64,000 bases of DNA from Vermamoeba vermiformis. Lineage: Eukaryota. A model generated the notes under the pieces. That model was not told the origin of the DNA, did not search any database, and worked only from the letters and a program-made list of their open reading frames with translations. Below, in pieces: positions 51,664 through 64,000 of the stretch (the stretch's first letter is position 1; each line of letters starts with the position of its first letter). Made by a program: the position numbers and the translations under genes. The stretch spans positions 62,001-126,000 of the forward strand of contig JBEWZL010000304.1 of the NCBI GenBank assembly GCA_045837725.1, given 5' to 3'.

Positions 51664-52272
51664 TTACCGCCACTTAGGACCGCCATTCGGATTATGCCTC
51701 TTCTTGCGACGCAGTTCCAAATCTGCCGCGTGCTGCTCTAGTGCTCGTGTGATTAACGCTGAATTTACTACAGGACCCGAGGTAGTACGTCTATTATATA
51801 GAATTAATATATTGCAAATAATAGGGGTCCAGATAATAGACGTACGCTATTGGTTTGGGCGTCAGTCGCGCGAGCCAAATCTGCGCAGCTTGTTCCCTCT
51901 GTTCACATTTACGGTATTCTAAAATATATCGTTCTTTATATGTTAATTTTGCTTGGTTTTGCAATTGTTTTCTTTTTCCTAAATCCATCCAAAATTAGTT
52001 TGCTATTTCTCACTCGCATTTAATACCAATATCCACATGTTTACGTGCTAATAATATTTACCCTTCTTCATTGCAATTTTTTTATTTCCGTAAGTCTTCA
52101 AGAAAGCAGATTTCCAAGCCTCATTGTCGCAGCTGATCGCGTACCACAAAATACACGTCTCAGAGACACTTAACAAATCTTCGCCATCCAAATATGAAAA
52201 ACAACGCACGAGGACTTCATCAGGTAAGTCGTTTACGTAGATGTCAAACGCCGCTGTTCTGTTGTCCTCCAT
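51664..52272 (-). CDS. Small F-box protein (3 exons)
   Basis: VNDLPDEVLVRCFSYLDGEDLLSVSETCILWYAISCDNEAWK; two GT-AG introns; stop at 51664-51666. Confidence 0.8.
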
Positions 52273-52477
52273 CTTTTTCTGTTCGCTCAAATAATGAAGC
52301 AAACTTGCATTGAGGTGAAGTAGTTAAGCTGCATTTACTAAGACTGCACATTCAAACTAAACGAGGTTGTTGTATGGATCCCTGCCATTTCAATAAACTG
52401 CTATCGCCGAAATTCTTTAATTTTAGCAATAGTATACGAGTATTTATTGTACAGCTGATCGCGAGTTTGATTACAAA

Positions 52478-55400
52478 TTAATAGAAGTACAGCACGAGTG
52501 ATAGAACCACGAGTTGTAGTGCGGAATGAGTAGCACGTGATCCACTCGCTGCAGAGTGAGGCGTAGCTGTTTCTGCTTGAGGTGTGTTGCCGGCCTGGAC
52601 AGGTGCGTTGCTCACAGGAACAGGAACGGGCGAAGCAATAGGCTCAGGTACGTTGTTGATTGGTGGATTTACTGTTACTGGCGAGCTGACTGGTGCACTG
52701 ACTGGCACAGCTACTGGAGTGACCGGTGTTTCATGAACGGGCGTATTAACTGGAGCAGCAACAGGTACCGAGATTGGAGTAGGGATGGGTGCGGGTAGCG
52801 TGCCTGTAATCATCATCGTTAGACTTGCCATATTAGGAAATCACGTGACCGTGGAGGACTTACTGCAGATATGTTGCGAGCAATAGCCCGAAGAACAATC
52901 GTTGGAGACGAGGCAAGATTTGTTGAGAGCACATTTCGCGCAACTGCCACCACAGTCAGTGTCGGTCTCGTCTTGATTCAGAATGCCGTCGTTACAGGTC
53001 GCGGGGGTGAGCACTAATAATAACAGTATTAGGACTTGTTGAAGTTAAAGCAAGTTGTCGTTACTTACCGCAAATGCCTTGCGTGCAATTGTCTGAAGCG
53101 CAGTCAGAGTTGATGAGGCACTTCAAATCTAAAGCGCAAGGACTGCATGAGCCACCGCAATCTTGATCCGTTTCATCACCATTCTTAATTTGGTCATCGC
53201 ATGCTGGGGCGACTGGAATAAAATTTGAAGGTCAGATCCGAATCTGGTTTTCAATTTTGAGACAAGACTTACCACACAATCCGTTCAAACAATGCAAGCT
53301 AGTACAATCTTCATTGATGTTGCATGTTTTGTCTACTGGGCAAGGTTGGCAGTCAGATCCACCGCAGTCCACGGCAGTTTCAAATCCGTTTTGAATGGCG
53401 TCGTCGCACGTTGAGTTAGCTGTATAATTGGCTTAATATACGAATAAATTGATGTAAAAGTACATACCACACTTATAATCAACGCAATTAAGACTAAGAC
53501 AATCTGAGTTTTTGTCGCAAGTTAATCCAGCGTCACATCCGGTACACGAACCGCCGCAATCAGTGTCGGTTTCGTTGCCATTGTGAATTCCATCAGTACA
53601 AGTAGGAGCCACTGTAATAATTGATTAGTATCTCATAGTTCATGAAAATTAAGTGCACGTACGGCAAGTGAAGAAGACGCAATTGAGGCTCTGACAATCA
53701 TTGCCGTTGAAGCATCGACTACCTGATGGACAAGCATTGCACGTGGGACCACCGCAATCAGTACTAGTCTCTTGACCGTTCTTCACATTATCGGTACAAG
53801 TCGGGGTTTCTAGGAAAAAATTAGATCCGCTTCAAGGTTCTTGATCTACTTACGACAAGTATCGTTAATGCATATACCACTAGTACAATCACTAGCCAAC
53901 AAACAGTTCTTTCCGTTACCGCAAGGTGAACAGCCTAGAGCACCACCGCAGTCCACATCCGTCTCAGCACCGTTCATGATTCGATCATTGCAAGTAGGCA
54001 TTACTATAAAAGTCCTTAATAATCATATACATAGAGAATATTGAATATTGTTCTTACTGCATTTTCCTTCTGCGCAACTCAAGCTCGAACAATCTGAATT
54101 GCTCAAGCATTTTTGTCCTTGCGAGCACGTGGGACAATTAGGACCTCCGCAGTCATAATCGGTCTCGCCTTGGTTAATGATGCCGTCGTCGCACGTAGGT
54201 GATTCTAAAATGAATTTAATAAATGAACAGATTTGGTACTTAAATTATTTTCGGTACTTACGACAGATGCCGTTGAGGCAATTATTGCTCGTGCAACCCG
54301 AACTATCGAGGCACTTTCCTCCAGGAGCACATCCACCACAAACAAGACCGCCACAATCGACATCAACTTCGTCTTGATTTTGGATCTGGTCGTCGCACGT
54401 CGGTGCCACTAAGAGCAATCAATTACGCTACTGTATCATCGTATTATAGTCTTATTATACTCACGACAAGTGGTTCCATTGCAGTGAAGGCTCGTGCAAT
54501 CATTATTGACCAAACACATTTGATCGTCAAGGCAGTTTGCAGTACACTTAGTGCCACCACAATCAACGTCAGTCTCGTCTTGATTACGAATGCCATCAGA
54601 GCACGTGGCCTCAACTAATATCCAAGCATTAGATTAGGAAAGATGGGCGTTGTTGTGAAGTTTTACGTACCGCAAACGAGGGTGTCACAATGCAAGCTGA
54701 CACAATCACTGTTGACTTTACAGCTCAAGTTATCGCTGCACTTGTCGCAGTTATTGCCTCCACAATCCTTAGAGGTCTCATTGCCGTTCAAAATGTTGTC
54801 AGTACACGTCGGTGCTTGACACACTTCGTTGACGCAGTTTTTGCTCGTGCAGTCAGCATCAACTTTGCACCCGAGACCTGGATCACAAGCAGAGCAAGGA
54901 CCACCACAATCAACGTCAGTCTCGCCTTGGTTCTTAATGGAGTCCGAGCACGTGGCCTTAACTAAGATCCGAGCATTAGATCTGAGATGCAAAGACTAGA
55001 ACTGAGTTTTACGTACCGCAAACGAGGTTGTCGCAATGCAAGCTGACACAATCGCTGTTGACTTTGCAGCTTGAGTCATCACTGCATTGGCCGCAATCGT
55101 TGCCTCCGCAGTCCTTAGAGGTCTCATTACCGTTCAAAATGTTGTCAGTACATGTCGGTGCTTGACACACTTCATTGACGCAGTTTTTGCTCGTGCAGTC
55201 CGCGTCAACCTTGCACCCGAGACCTGGATCACAAGCAGAGCAAGGACCACCACAATCAACGTCAGTCTCGGCTTGGTTCTTAATCGAATCTGAGCATGTG
55301 GCAGCGACTGTAAGAAAAGGTTAATTTGGACCCGCAAGGCGTCCTGTGTCAGAATTTTCGCGTACCGCAAATTTGGCTAGAACAGTTAAGACTGGCACAG

Positions 55401-58400
55401 TCTGCGTTGACCAAACAAGCCTTCGTATCAGGGCATGATTGGCACGTGGAACCACCGCAATCAGTGTCGGTCTCATCTTGATTTTTAATGGTGTCGATGC
55501 AAGTGGGAGCGGCTTCAAGTTGCATTAATACTTAAAACAAAGGTAAATTAGAATTGCTTACCGCACAAATTGTTGACACAATGAAGACTAGTGCAATCTG
55601 AATTGGCCAAACATTTTTTGGAGTCTTCACACTTAGCGCAATTTCCACCGCAATCAACGTCCGTTTCTTCGTTGTTTTGAATTGTGTCGTTACAAGTTGC
55701 AGCCACTGACAGAAGCGTCAATAATGACTTTCTTATTAAGTATTTCTACATACCACAAGTCAATGCCGAGCAGTGCAAGCTGACACAATCGCTGTTGACA
55801 GAGCAACTCTTGGTGTCATCGCATTTCTTATCGCAAACTCCACCGCAATCAGTGTCGGTCTCGTTCTGATTTTTGATACCGTCGAAACAAGTAGCAGCGA
55901 CTTGATTATACTTTAGTATTGTGCTTCACGATGGTCATTGGTACTTACCACACACTTCGGCGGCACAATGAAGACTAATGCAGTCTGAGTCAACTTTGCA
56001 AGCATTGTTGTCCTCACACTTGTTGCATGAACCACCGCAGTCAGTGGCTGTTTCATCGCCGTTCAGAATTTGGTCATCGCATGCAGGGGCGACTATATTA
56101 TGATATGATCAGCATCAAGCTCGATGAGGCGTCGAGTAGTAGTTGTATACTTACCACAGAAGGTACCATTGCAATGCAAACTGGTGCAGTCCGCGTTTGC
56201 TTTGCAAGTTTTGTTATCGGAACAAGGGGAGCAAGTACCTCCACAATCGGTATCCGTTTCATTGCCGTTCTTTATCGTGTCATCGCATGTTGGTAAAGCT
56301 ATTCACTAGGTTAGCCTCACGTACTCACGGATCCCCAATGCAGAAACTTCAAAACTTACCGCACTTCAAGCCAACACAGTGCAAGCTCGTGCAATCAGTA
56401 TCGACTTGACAGGATTGATTGAATCCACACGGGTCACAAACTCCACCGCAATCAGTGTCAGTTTCATTTTGGTTGTGGATCCCGTCTGCGCACGTAGCAG
56501 TTACTAATAACAATCATTACGCCATGTTTAGAGATTAAATAAATACGTGTCACTTACTGCAAGTAGTGTCACAATGGAGACTAATGCAGTCTGAGTCAAC
56601 TTTGCAAGTGTTGCCATCATCACACTTGTTGCACGAGCCACCGCAGTCGGTGGCTGTTTCATCGCCGTTCAAAATTTGATCGTCGCACGAAGGGGCAACT
56701 GCATTAAGAGAATATTAGTAAGTTGGTCTAGAAGTCTCTGCTAATGAGTGTAGACTTACCGCAAGTACCGCTGTCACAATGCAAGCTGGTGCAATCTTCG
56801 TTGACTTTGCACATTTTGTTATCAGCGCAAGCTGAGCATGTGCCTCCACAGTCAATGTCAGTTTCGTTGCCGTTCTTTATCGTGTCGTCGCAGGTCGGTA
56901 GAACTTAAAAAAAATAGTTATTAGATCTGGTCACCGAGATCTGCTCGAATAAACTTACCACACTTTAATCCAAAACAGTGCAAGCTTGTGCAATCGGTGT
57001 CTACTTGACATGATTGATTGAATCCACATGGATCACAAACTCCACCGCAATCAGTGTCAGTTTCATTTTGATTGTGGATCCCGTCTGAGCACGTGGCAGG
57101 AACTGATATCAAGCGTTAACATCGTAGCCTTAGAATATTCCCAATCTTGTACTTACTGCAAGTAGAGTCGCAATGAAGACTAATGCAGTCTGAGTCAACT
57201 TTGCAAGCATTGTTGTCCCCACACTTGTTGCACGAGCCACCGCAGTCAGTGGCTGTTTCATCGCCGTTCAGAATTTGGTCGTCGCATGCAGGGGCGACTG
57301 TAATATGATATGATTAGCATCAAGGTAATGAGGCGTCAAGTAGTAGTTGTATACTTACCACAGAAGGTACCATTGCAATGCAAACTAGTACAGTCTTCGT
57401 TGATCTTGCAAGCTTTTTTGTCAGTACAAGGGGAGCAAGTACCTCCACAGTCAGTGTCGGTCTCGTTGCCGTTCTTAATCGTGTCGTCGCATGTTGGTAA
57501 AGCTACAAGAAGGCTCAGAACAGGTCGTTGAAGATCCACCCCAAAAACTTACCGCACTTCAGGCTAACGCAATGCAAGCTCGTGCAATCAGTATCAACAT
57601 TGCAGCTCTGATTATATCCACATGGATCACAAACTCCACCGCAATCAATGTCGGTTTCGTTTTGGTTACGGATCGAATCCGAACATGTTGCGGGGACTAA
57701 GTTTTTTAATTAGCTCCCTAAGAAAAAAAAAAACATCGCACGCGCACACTACTTACCACAGAGGGTACCATTACAATGCAAGCTCAGGCAGTCATCGTCG
57801 ACAAGACAAGAAATTTCATCGCCACACTTGGGACACGAAGAGGTAACTCCACCGCAGTCCACGCCAGTTTCATCTTGGTTTTTGATGCCGTCAGTGCAAG
57901 ATTGAGCAACTAAATATAGTCGTGAGTAAGAAATAAGGTGTAAAGAGTCCTCCTTACTGCAAATTCCGCCTGTGCAAATGTTGGACTGACAGTCTTCGTT
58001 GACGTTGCATTGAAGGTCATTAGCGCACTTGTACAGCGCATTGCAGTTGTCTCCTCCGCAGTTCAAATCAGTCTCGCCCCAGTTCTTGATGCCGTCAAGA
58101 CATGGAGATTCTAAAAAAGGAAATTAAGTCACATGGCCAGGAGATTGGACATGACTAAGTTGACTTACCACACGTGTTCGTGGTCGAGGAGCAGTAGTTT
58201 TGCAAGCAATCCAAGTTGTTTGAGCACCTCTTGCCGCTGGGACATTGAGCGCAAAATGGTCCTCCACAGTCGATGTCAGTCTCGCCAATCTCCGTGGATA
58301 ATAATCCATCGCTGCAAAGGGTAGTAGGACTCATTGTAATGCCAAGGAACCAAGTCTGGAGCGGGGATTCGTCGACCAAAGTGGCATCTTCGGTAAGGTC

Positions 58401-59561
58401 TATGAACCTAATGATCTTTCCTGTTGAAGTGCCTACAAGCAAAATGGTATCGCCATTGGAGTCAATGTAGCCAAAAACACTGATCGGGCTCAGAACATCA
58501 GCAGATCCGGATGAGACCCACGAATCTCCAGACTTGACAAATTTCTGGACCTTTCCCAAGCTATTCGATACGACGTATAATGTATCAAATCCAACGACAG
58601 TATTCGTAGCATCGAGTATGGCAAAGTCAAAAAAGGAAGATCCAACCGCATTCAAAGATTGCGAGCTGGAAACTTGAATGACGTGCGTGTTGTTGCCGAC
58701 GTATAGCTCGTTGTTGAATATTTTGACGGTAAGTATGTTGGTGGAGGTGGCTACAACGCTGGCGATACCCGAGTCCAACGATTTCTGAACCACTTTTTGT
58801 GTTCCAGATGTCCACGTTTCATTTCCACTTGAGACGGCAGCGCTGACAAAACTATTACTATCAAAGGTATTGTCCCACAAAATGCTCTGGGTAATAGCTC
58901 CAGTATTGTCGATGAAGGCTGAGACGCGAGGGTCGGATGTTGGCGTCGGTGCTGCTGGATCAGAATCATAGCAAGCCAATCCTAATGTAGTTCTATCGGG
59001 AGATATTGCGAGCTTTCCTTCTAGCATGCTTCCTGTAAGCGTGCATTTAGGGCTATCGCTGGTTGACCTGGATGTACTAATTAATACTGTAAAGATTCCA
59101 AAATTGGAACTATTGAATCATGAACAATATTTAAAGTAGTAATAATGTATTAGAGAGCAATTATTGCTTGGCAATCAAAGCAAATAGTCCCGTATTCAAT
59201 CACCTGTCACCAACGCTTTTCATTAAATAAAAGGAAATAGCGCGAATTGAATTCCATTAATGCATATTACTATCACTTACATAGGAAGGTCTATTTGTTG
59301 CAACTTTGTGCCATTTAGCGCATATTCTACTAAAGAAACTGATTTTCCGAGCGGGCCTGAGCAGTTGTTAATAATCTTGAATACAAACGTGCAAGATATT
59401 AACGTAATATATTATAGCATAATAAAATTAAGCTACTCACTGGACGTTCCGTCTATTTTCGTTACAATAAAACTTCCAGGCTGAAACGCCGCGCAGTATG
59501 CAGATCTGACGCAACAGCCAATCAGAATAGCTGCCAGTAGTATTGTGATTATACTACGCAT
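52478..59561 (-). CDS. Large secreted/GPI-type surface protein: N-terminal beta-rich domain, ~28 TCxDxIxNxxETDxDCGG repeats, Pro/Val/Thr stalk, hydrophobic tail
   Basis: Signal MRSIITILLAAILIGCCVRSAYC; ~48-52 aa seven-Cys repeats, nearly all one per exon; ends ...SAASGSRATHSALQLVVLSLVLYFY*. Confidence 0.85.
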
Positions 59562-59997
59562 GGCGTTGTATTGAGTGCAATAGTTAATAATGGCAGCTAT
59601 TCCAGCGTAACCTGCCAAAACAGAATTGGGACGTGAACCTGTCATAAAATGACATGCTTGTCACATCAGATTCACGCGCGGTACCATCCAGGCACGATAC
59701 TAACGCATGCTTAATTCTTTGATCAACGAGTGATGTGAAAGAAGAAGCGCGTTCGTGATCTGGACTTGAAATTTTGCACGATAGATCTGTTGTCGGTTAC
59801 AACGGAGGCATCGGATTGTTTGCATGAGTGCCATTATTTGCTCTTGCAGCGTATATTTGTTGCAATATTGATTTTCTTTTTCTTCTCGCGAATTTGGTTT
59901 AATCTCCGAACTGCGAGCTACATTTGGCGGCGGTTTTGTGTTTTCTTTCATGTCGACCGTTTGTATTATATAGCACTGTATATTTGTAATTATATCA

Positions 59998-61563
59998 ATG
60001 AAGAGACCTAGCGCGGTGTTCTACGCTTGTCTAGTAGGTTTGTTGTACCTCGCAAATCTGCTTCTCGCCAGCATCTGGGTCTTGGGACTTGCTACATTAT
60101 TGGCTTATCTAGTACGAAGGTAATTAAAATTCTATAAATGCATTTGAAGTTGAAATTCAGAACTGGATCTAGTTCAATTACGCGTAAATTTACAGATTCA
60201 TTGGATAATAAATAAAAAATTAATAAGCCGATTATTTATTCGCAATAATCAATGGTAATCTTATTTTGAATATTGCTGCCTCTGTAGCTAATTTTGTTGC
60301 ACCAGATTCGTTTTTGAAACTCACCTGCAGCTGCCTGTACCTCAAAATGGAGCGGTTCTTATCACAGGCACTTCAACAGGCATTGGAAAAGAACTATCTT
60401 TTCATTTCGCGAAGCGAGGATTCCTTGTAAGTTTGCTTTATGTTCTTCATTTTGCGTTCGATCTAAATAATTGGTACAGGTATTTGCTACAGTTCGAAAG
60501 ACCGAGGACGCTGAGAGATTGCATCGTGAGTGTCCTGAAAACAAGCATCTCCTCAAAACTGTTATCATGGGTACGCATCCACGTCGATCACAAATTTTAT
60601 TTCCTTATTTAGCATTGACCCATTCTATGCAGATACTACAAACGACGATCACGTGCGCGATGCCGTAGAGATTGTACGAACTGAACTCAAGCAATCGAAC
60701 AAACAGTTATTTTGCCTGATCTGCAACGCAGGTGTTGCTGAAACGTACCCGATCGAGACAACCACAAGATACGCTTTTGACAAAATGTTCGGAGGTACAC
60801 TAAATGTTAAAATATATTAATCCAACGTATCCAGCGAATGTTTATGGCACGATTTCGACAGTTCGTGGATTCGCTCCCATGTTACGCGAGTACACTGGCG
60901 AAGGCTCTCCGCGCATACTGTACGCCTAATTTATCATTACTCCCATATACTAATGATACATAGTATTACATCGAGCTTGGCAGGCTTCTTCGCAACACAA
61001 GGACTTGGAATGTATTGCGCTTCAAAGCACGTAAGTTTGATAATATTTTTGGTCGATGATTCTTCGGTAGTAACTCTGTAATAGGCTCTAGAGGCGATAG
61101 GCGATGCCCTTAGAATCGAGTTAAGATTTTGGAGCATTAAAGTATCTGTTATCGAACCTGGAACGTTCGAAAGTCCGATGATCCACGACATCCAAAACGA
61201 GTCAAAATATGAATTGGAACAATATACGCCGATGATTAAGAACTTCAACGCTGCATTCGGACGTGCGTATATTAAATATTAGTCCTAATAACTCATCGCT
61301 AAACATGAACAGTGCTTTTCAAGTATTTTGGCATCAAAACGTTGGATACGTTAGTTGAAGCGATAGAAAAAGTGGCGCTTGCGAAATATCCTCCTGCACG
61401 CAGAGCTGTTGGTGTGTAGTTTTAGTCATAGGTTCAGTATTTATGTAACTTTTTATTCTTTGTAGGTTACGACACGGGCCTACTGTTCGTCGCTAATTGT
61501 TTGCCAGATTCAGTGATAACATTGTGTGCAAATTTAGCTGAGAAATTTGGCCAAATGATGTAA
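59998..61563 (+). CDS. Short-chain dehydrogenase/reductase (retinol dehydrogenase/17beta-HSD-like), N-terminal TM
   Basis: AVLITGTSTGIG, VFATVRK, LICNAGV, GMYCASKHALEAIGDALRIEL..W.IKVSVIEPG. Confidence 0.88.
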
Positions 61564-62128
61564 TTTTGGTGGCGCCGTTTGCTCAGTTGGAGAAGATTTT
61601 GATGGCCCAACAGTGTACATTATGCGATAAATCTAAAAATGCTTAGTTACTTAGGTCAATCGTAAGCTTAATTAGCCGGTTTTGGAAAGATTTAGCAATT
61701 AAATCTCTATCATATGACAAGGTTTCGTCAATCAAATAGTACGGGAGAGATTGATTACGAAATTTCGTTACTTCTAGGCAAGGTTGTCATAATCAACTAT
61801 TATCGCAACCTGAGTTTCCTCAGAACAGCTACTCTAGCTGCATTGTTTTTTGTATCTCATTAAAGTCGAGTTGATCATTACATAGAACTGAGATTTGTCC
61901 GTTCAGAAAAGATTGGCTCTGGAACCAAATATTACAACGATTACGCTAAATAACTTACAAGTATAGCACCAACGAAGGTACTCTGAAATTTCTTCGTGAC
62001 GATTGGTCACTTGGACTTGGTCGTTTCGTTAAAATACACGAACGATTGTTATTTAAAAGGCGGGCACAAACCTTTTGGTGATTTAGTCACCGTTTTGTAC
62101 AAAACACAACCGTTCATAACATTAAATT

Positions 62129-64000
62129 ATGAGCACGAAGAGAAAATCCAGGGATGGTGGTGCTGAAGATCGCCCGCAGAAGAGAAGAAAAGTAGATCCA
62201 GGTAAAAAATAAATTAATACCGCGAAAAAATCGCAAAAATCAAATTAACGCTATATTTAGATGAATTAAATTCAGGAGAAAATCATGCACTACATGATTA
62301 TTTTAGCAGCTTGCCAAGAGAGATTTTTACTCACATCCTGTCTTTTGCTGATGATCCTATAGCCACGCAAATATTATCTATGACTTGCAAAATATTCAAC
62401 GATTATATAGATCAATCAGCGAATGAAAATCGTTTGTGGCACTCGATCTACCTAAAATCCAAATTCCACGTCACCTGCGCTACTGTTAAGAACAATTCGT
62501 TATTAACGTGTAAGTAACCATACCAATACATGCAACATATTGATATAAGAGCGTCAGTGGAGGATGTTCAATTTTGGGAAAACATGAACAAACTGGATGG
62601 TGCCGACTTGACGCTGGATTCGATAAGGGCGCAACAAGAACTTTACAATTCGCCCACTACGTACATACAATCGGAGAGAGAATGTGAAGAGGTAATTTTG
62701 TGCCGGGACAAGTGCAAATACGAACAATTATTTTTTGCTAGGCCATAAATTTCTTTTAACAAAAATACGCTAATCTGACTCGGAGGGAGCTTGTCGAATT
62801 TTTAGTTTATTACATGTTCTTTTAATATTAACCACTTGGTCAGTTAGCGGGTTACAGCCCTGAATGGTACTGGCCGAGGCCTCTAGAACTTTCAAAAGAG
62901 AATTACGATCCGAGCGTGAATTACAGAGAGTTAGCGATCGATTGTTGGTGGAAAAAATTGCAATTTGAGTTGTTTTTGAAGTTGGACGGCACTCAACAAT
63001 CACGGTTAAAACGACAACAAAATCCAGAATCGGAGAACGAAGAAGAAAATAGCGATGACGATGACGATGTATCTACAGAAGAAAATAATAATAATTCCTC
63101 CGTAGAATCGCAAGAGGAATCGAGCGAAAATTCCGATAATGAAAATCGGATCTCGTCGGTTTCGGAGGAAGCAAAAGACGAAGAAGATGATGAAAGTGTT
63201 GATATGGAGCCTCAGTATTTGGAGCACGATGCTACATTAGCTTTTCTCAGGTAATTAATTGAAGTAGACAGACCAAGATCTTGAAATTTAAATGACGACC
63301 TTGTAGAGCGGAAAATAATGATTCGCTTGGTCTAACGTGATATTTTTAGAGAAATATCGGGCTCGGACCAATTTGGCCTCTTTTTACAAATCTTGAGCGG
63401 AGCTGCCGCTGGTCACATGCCTGCTCTCGATTACGAAGTCCCTAAACATAGCGTAAGCCCACTTATATTACATGGTATTATTCTGAGGTCTAACTTACGA
63501 TTTGATAAAGAAATTGAATTGCTCATGTTCATCAAGTCTATCAAAGAGCGCATCCGAGGCTGAACAATTTTTTGAACTTGTCAAACAAGCTTTTAATCTC
63601 GATTCGATCGTCTGCATGCAACACATCATATGTGCCTTATATATGATAGGCATTATCGATGTATTATATCTGCATGAACTCGTTTCGCAGAATTTTCCTT
63701 ATTTGGCAACTATTTATTCAGGTAAGTAATTGCCACAACTCCCTCAACTATTGCTAGCAAGATACTAATATTGATCTAGTATATAATATTGAGCAACACT
63801 TCCTGCAATTAACCGTTGCAGAAAGCTCTTTTTTCTTTCTGTTCAACGCTGATCTGGATGCAAACGGCCCAAAATTGCCAGATTGGCTTGCTCGTAAGTG
63901 AAATTAAACGTTTAATTATATCATAATAACCTATAAATCCAGTCAACCAATCGATGTTTAAATTGATGCGCCGAGCTGGAATGGCTTTTGCCTCGCCAAA
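62129..64000 (+). CDS. F-box protein, right-arm copy, truncated by window end
   Basis: Reverse complement of 9700-11571. Confidence 0.7.

Larger units (their letters stand above)
39259..64000. repeat. Right arm of giant inverted repeat (runs off window end)
   Basis: Reverse complement of 9700-34521; reading frames are intact in this arm. Confidence 0.97.

Noticed and set aside
53841-57846. Many short plus-strand ORFs containing PPQSVSVS (and mirrors at 16189-19910)
   Set aside because: Antisense readings of the ETDTDCGG exons.
9700-64000. Giant transposon (Polinton/Maverick or similar) terminal inverted repeats
   Set aside because: The arms consist of ordinary intron-containing host genes and far exceed the spacer in size. 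No transposase, integrase or DNA polymerase was found.

Overview
Intron-rich eukaryotic DNA with short GT-AG introns and AT-rich intergenic regions. It is probably from a free-living protist such as an amoebozoan (inference). Most of the window is one giant inverted repeat: 9700-34521 is the reverse complement of 39259-64000. The right arm runs off the window end, so the repeat may be larger. Each arm carries the same 8 protein genes: F-box/LRR protein, SDR, a ~28-repeat ETDxDCGG Cys-rich surface protein, small F-box protein, low-complexity SH3 protein, NF-YC-like histone-fold protein, large beta-rich membrane protein and PhyH-like dioxygenase. Each arm ends internally at a tRNA-Gly(GCC). The right arm is intact. 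The left arm has patchy frameshifts that look like consensus errors. The ~4.7 kb unique spacer holds three genes: a CRIB/polyproline/2xWH2 actin regulator, a secreted bacterial-type SH3b-M23 peptidase with introns, and a YqaJ/lambda-exonuclease-family nuclease with a C-terminal membrane anchor. The nuclease starts head-to-head with a 69-bp-period array of tRNA-Gly-derived repeats. Positions 1-9699 contain an APCDD1-like GPI-type surface protein and an ADP1-like ABCG transporter, whose two long introns hold unusual symmetric elements. Exon boundaries were read by eye and are approximate.
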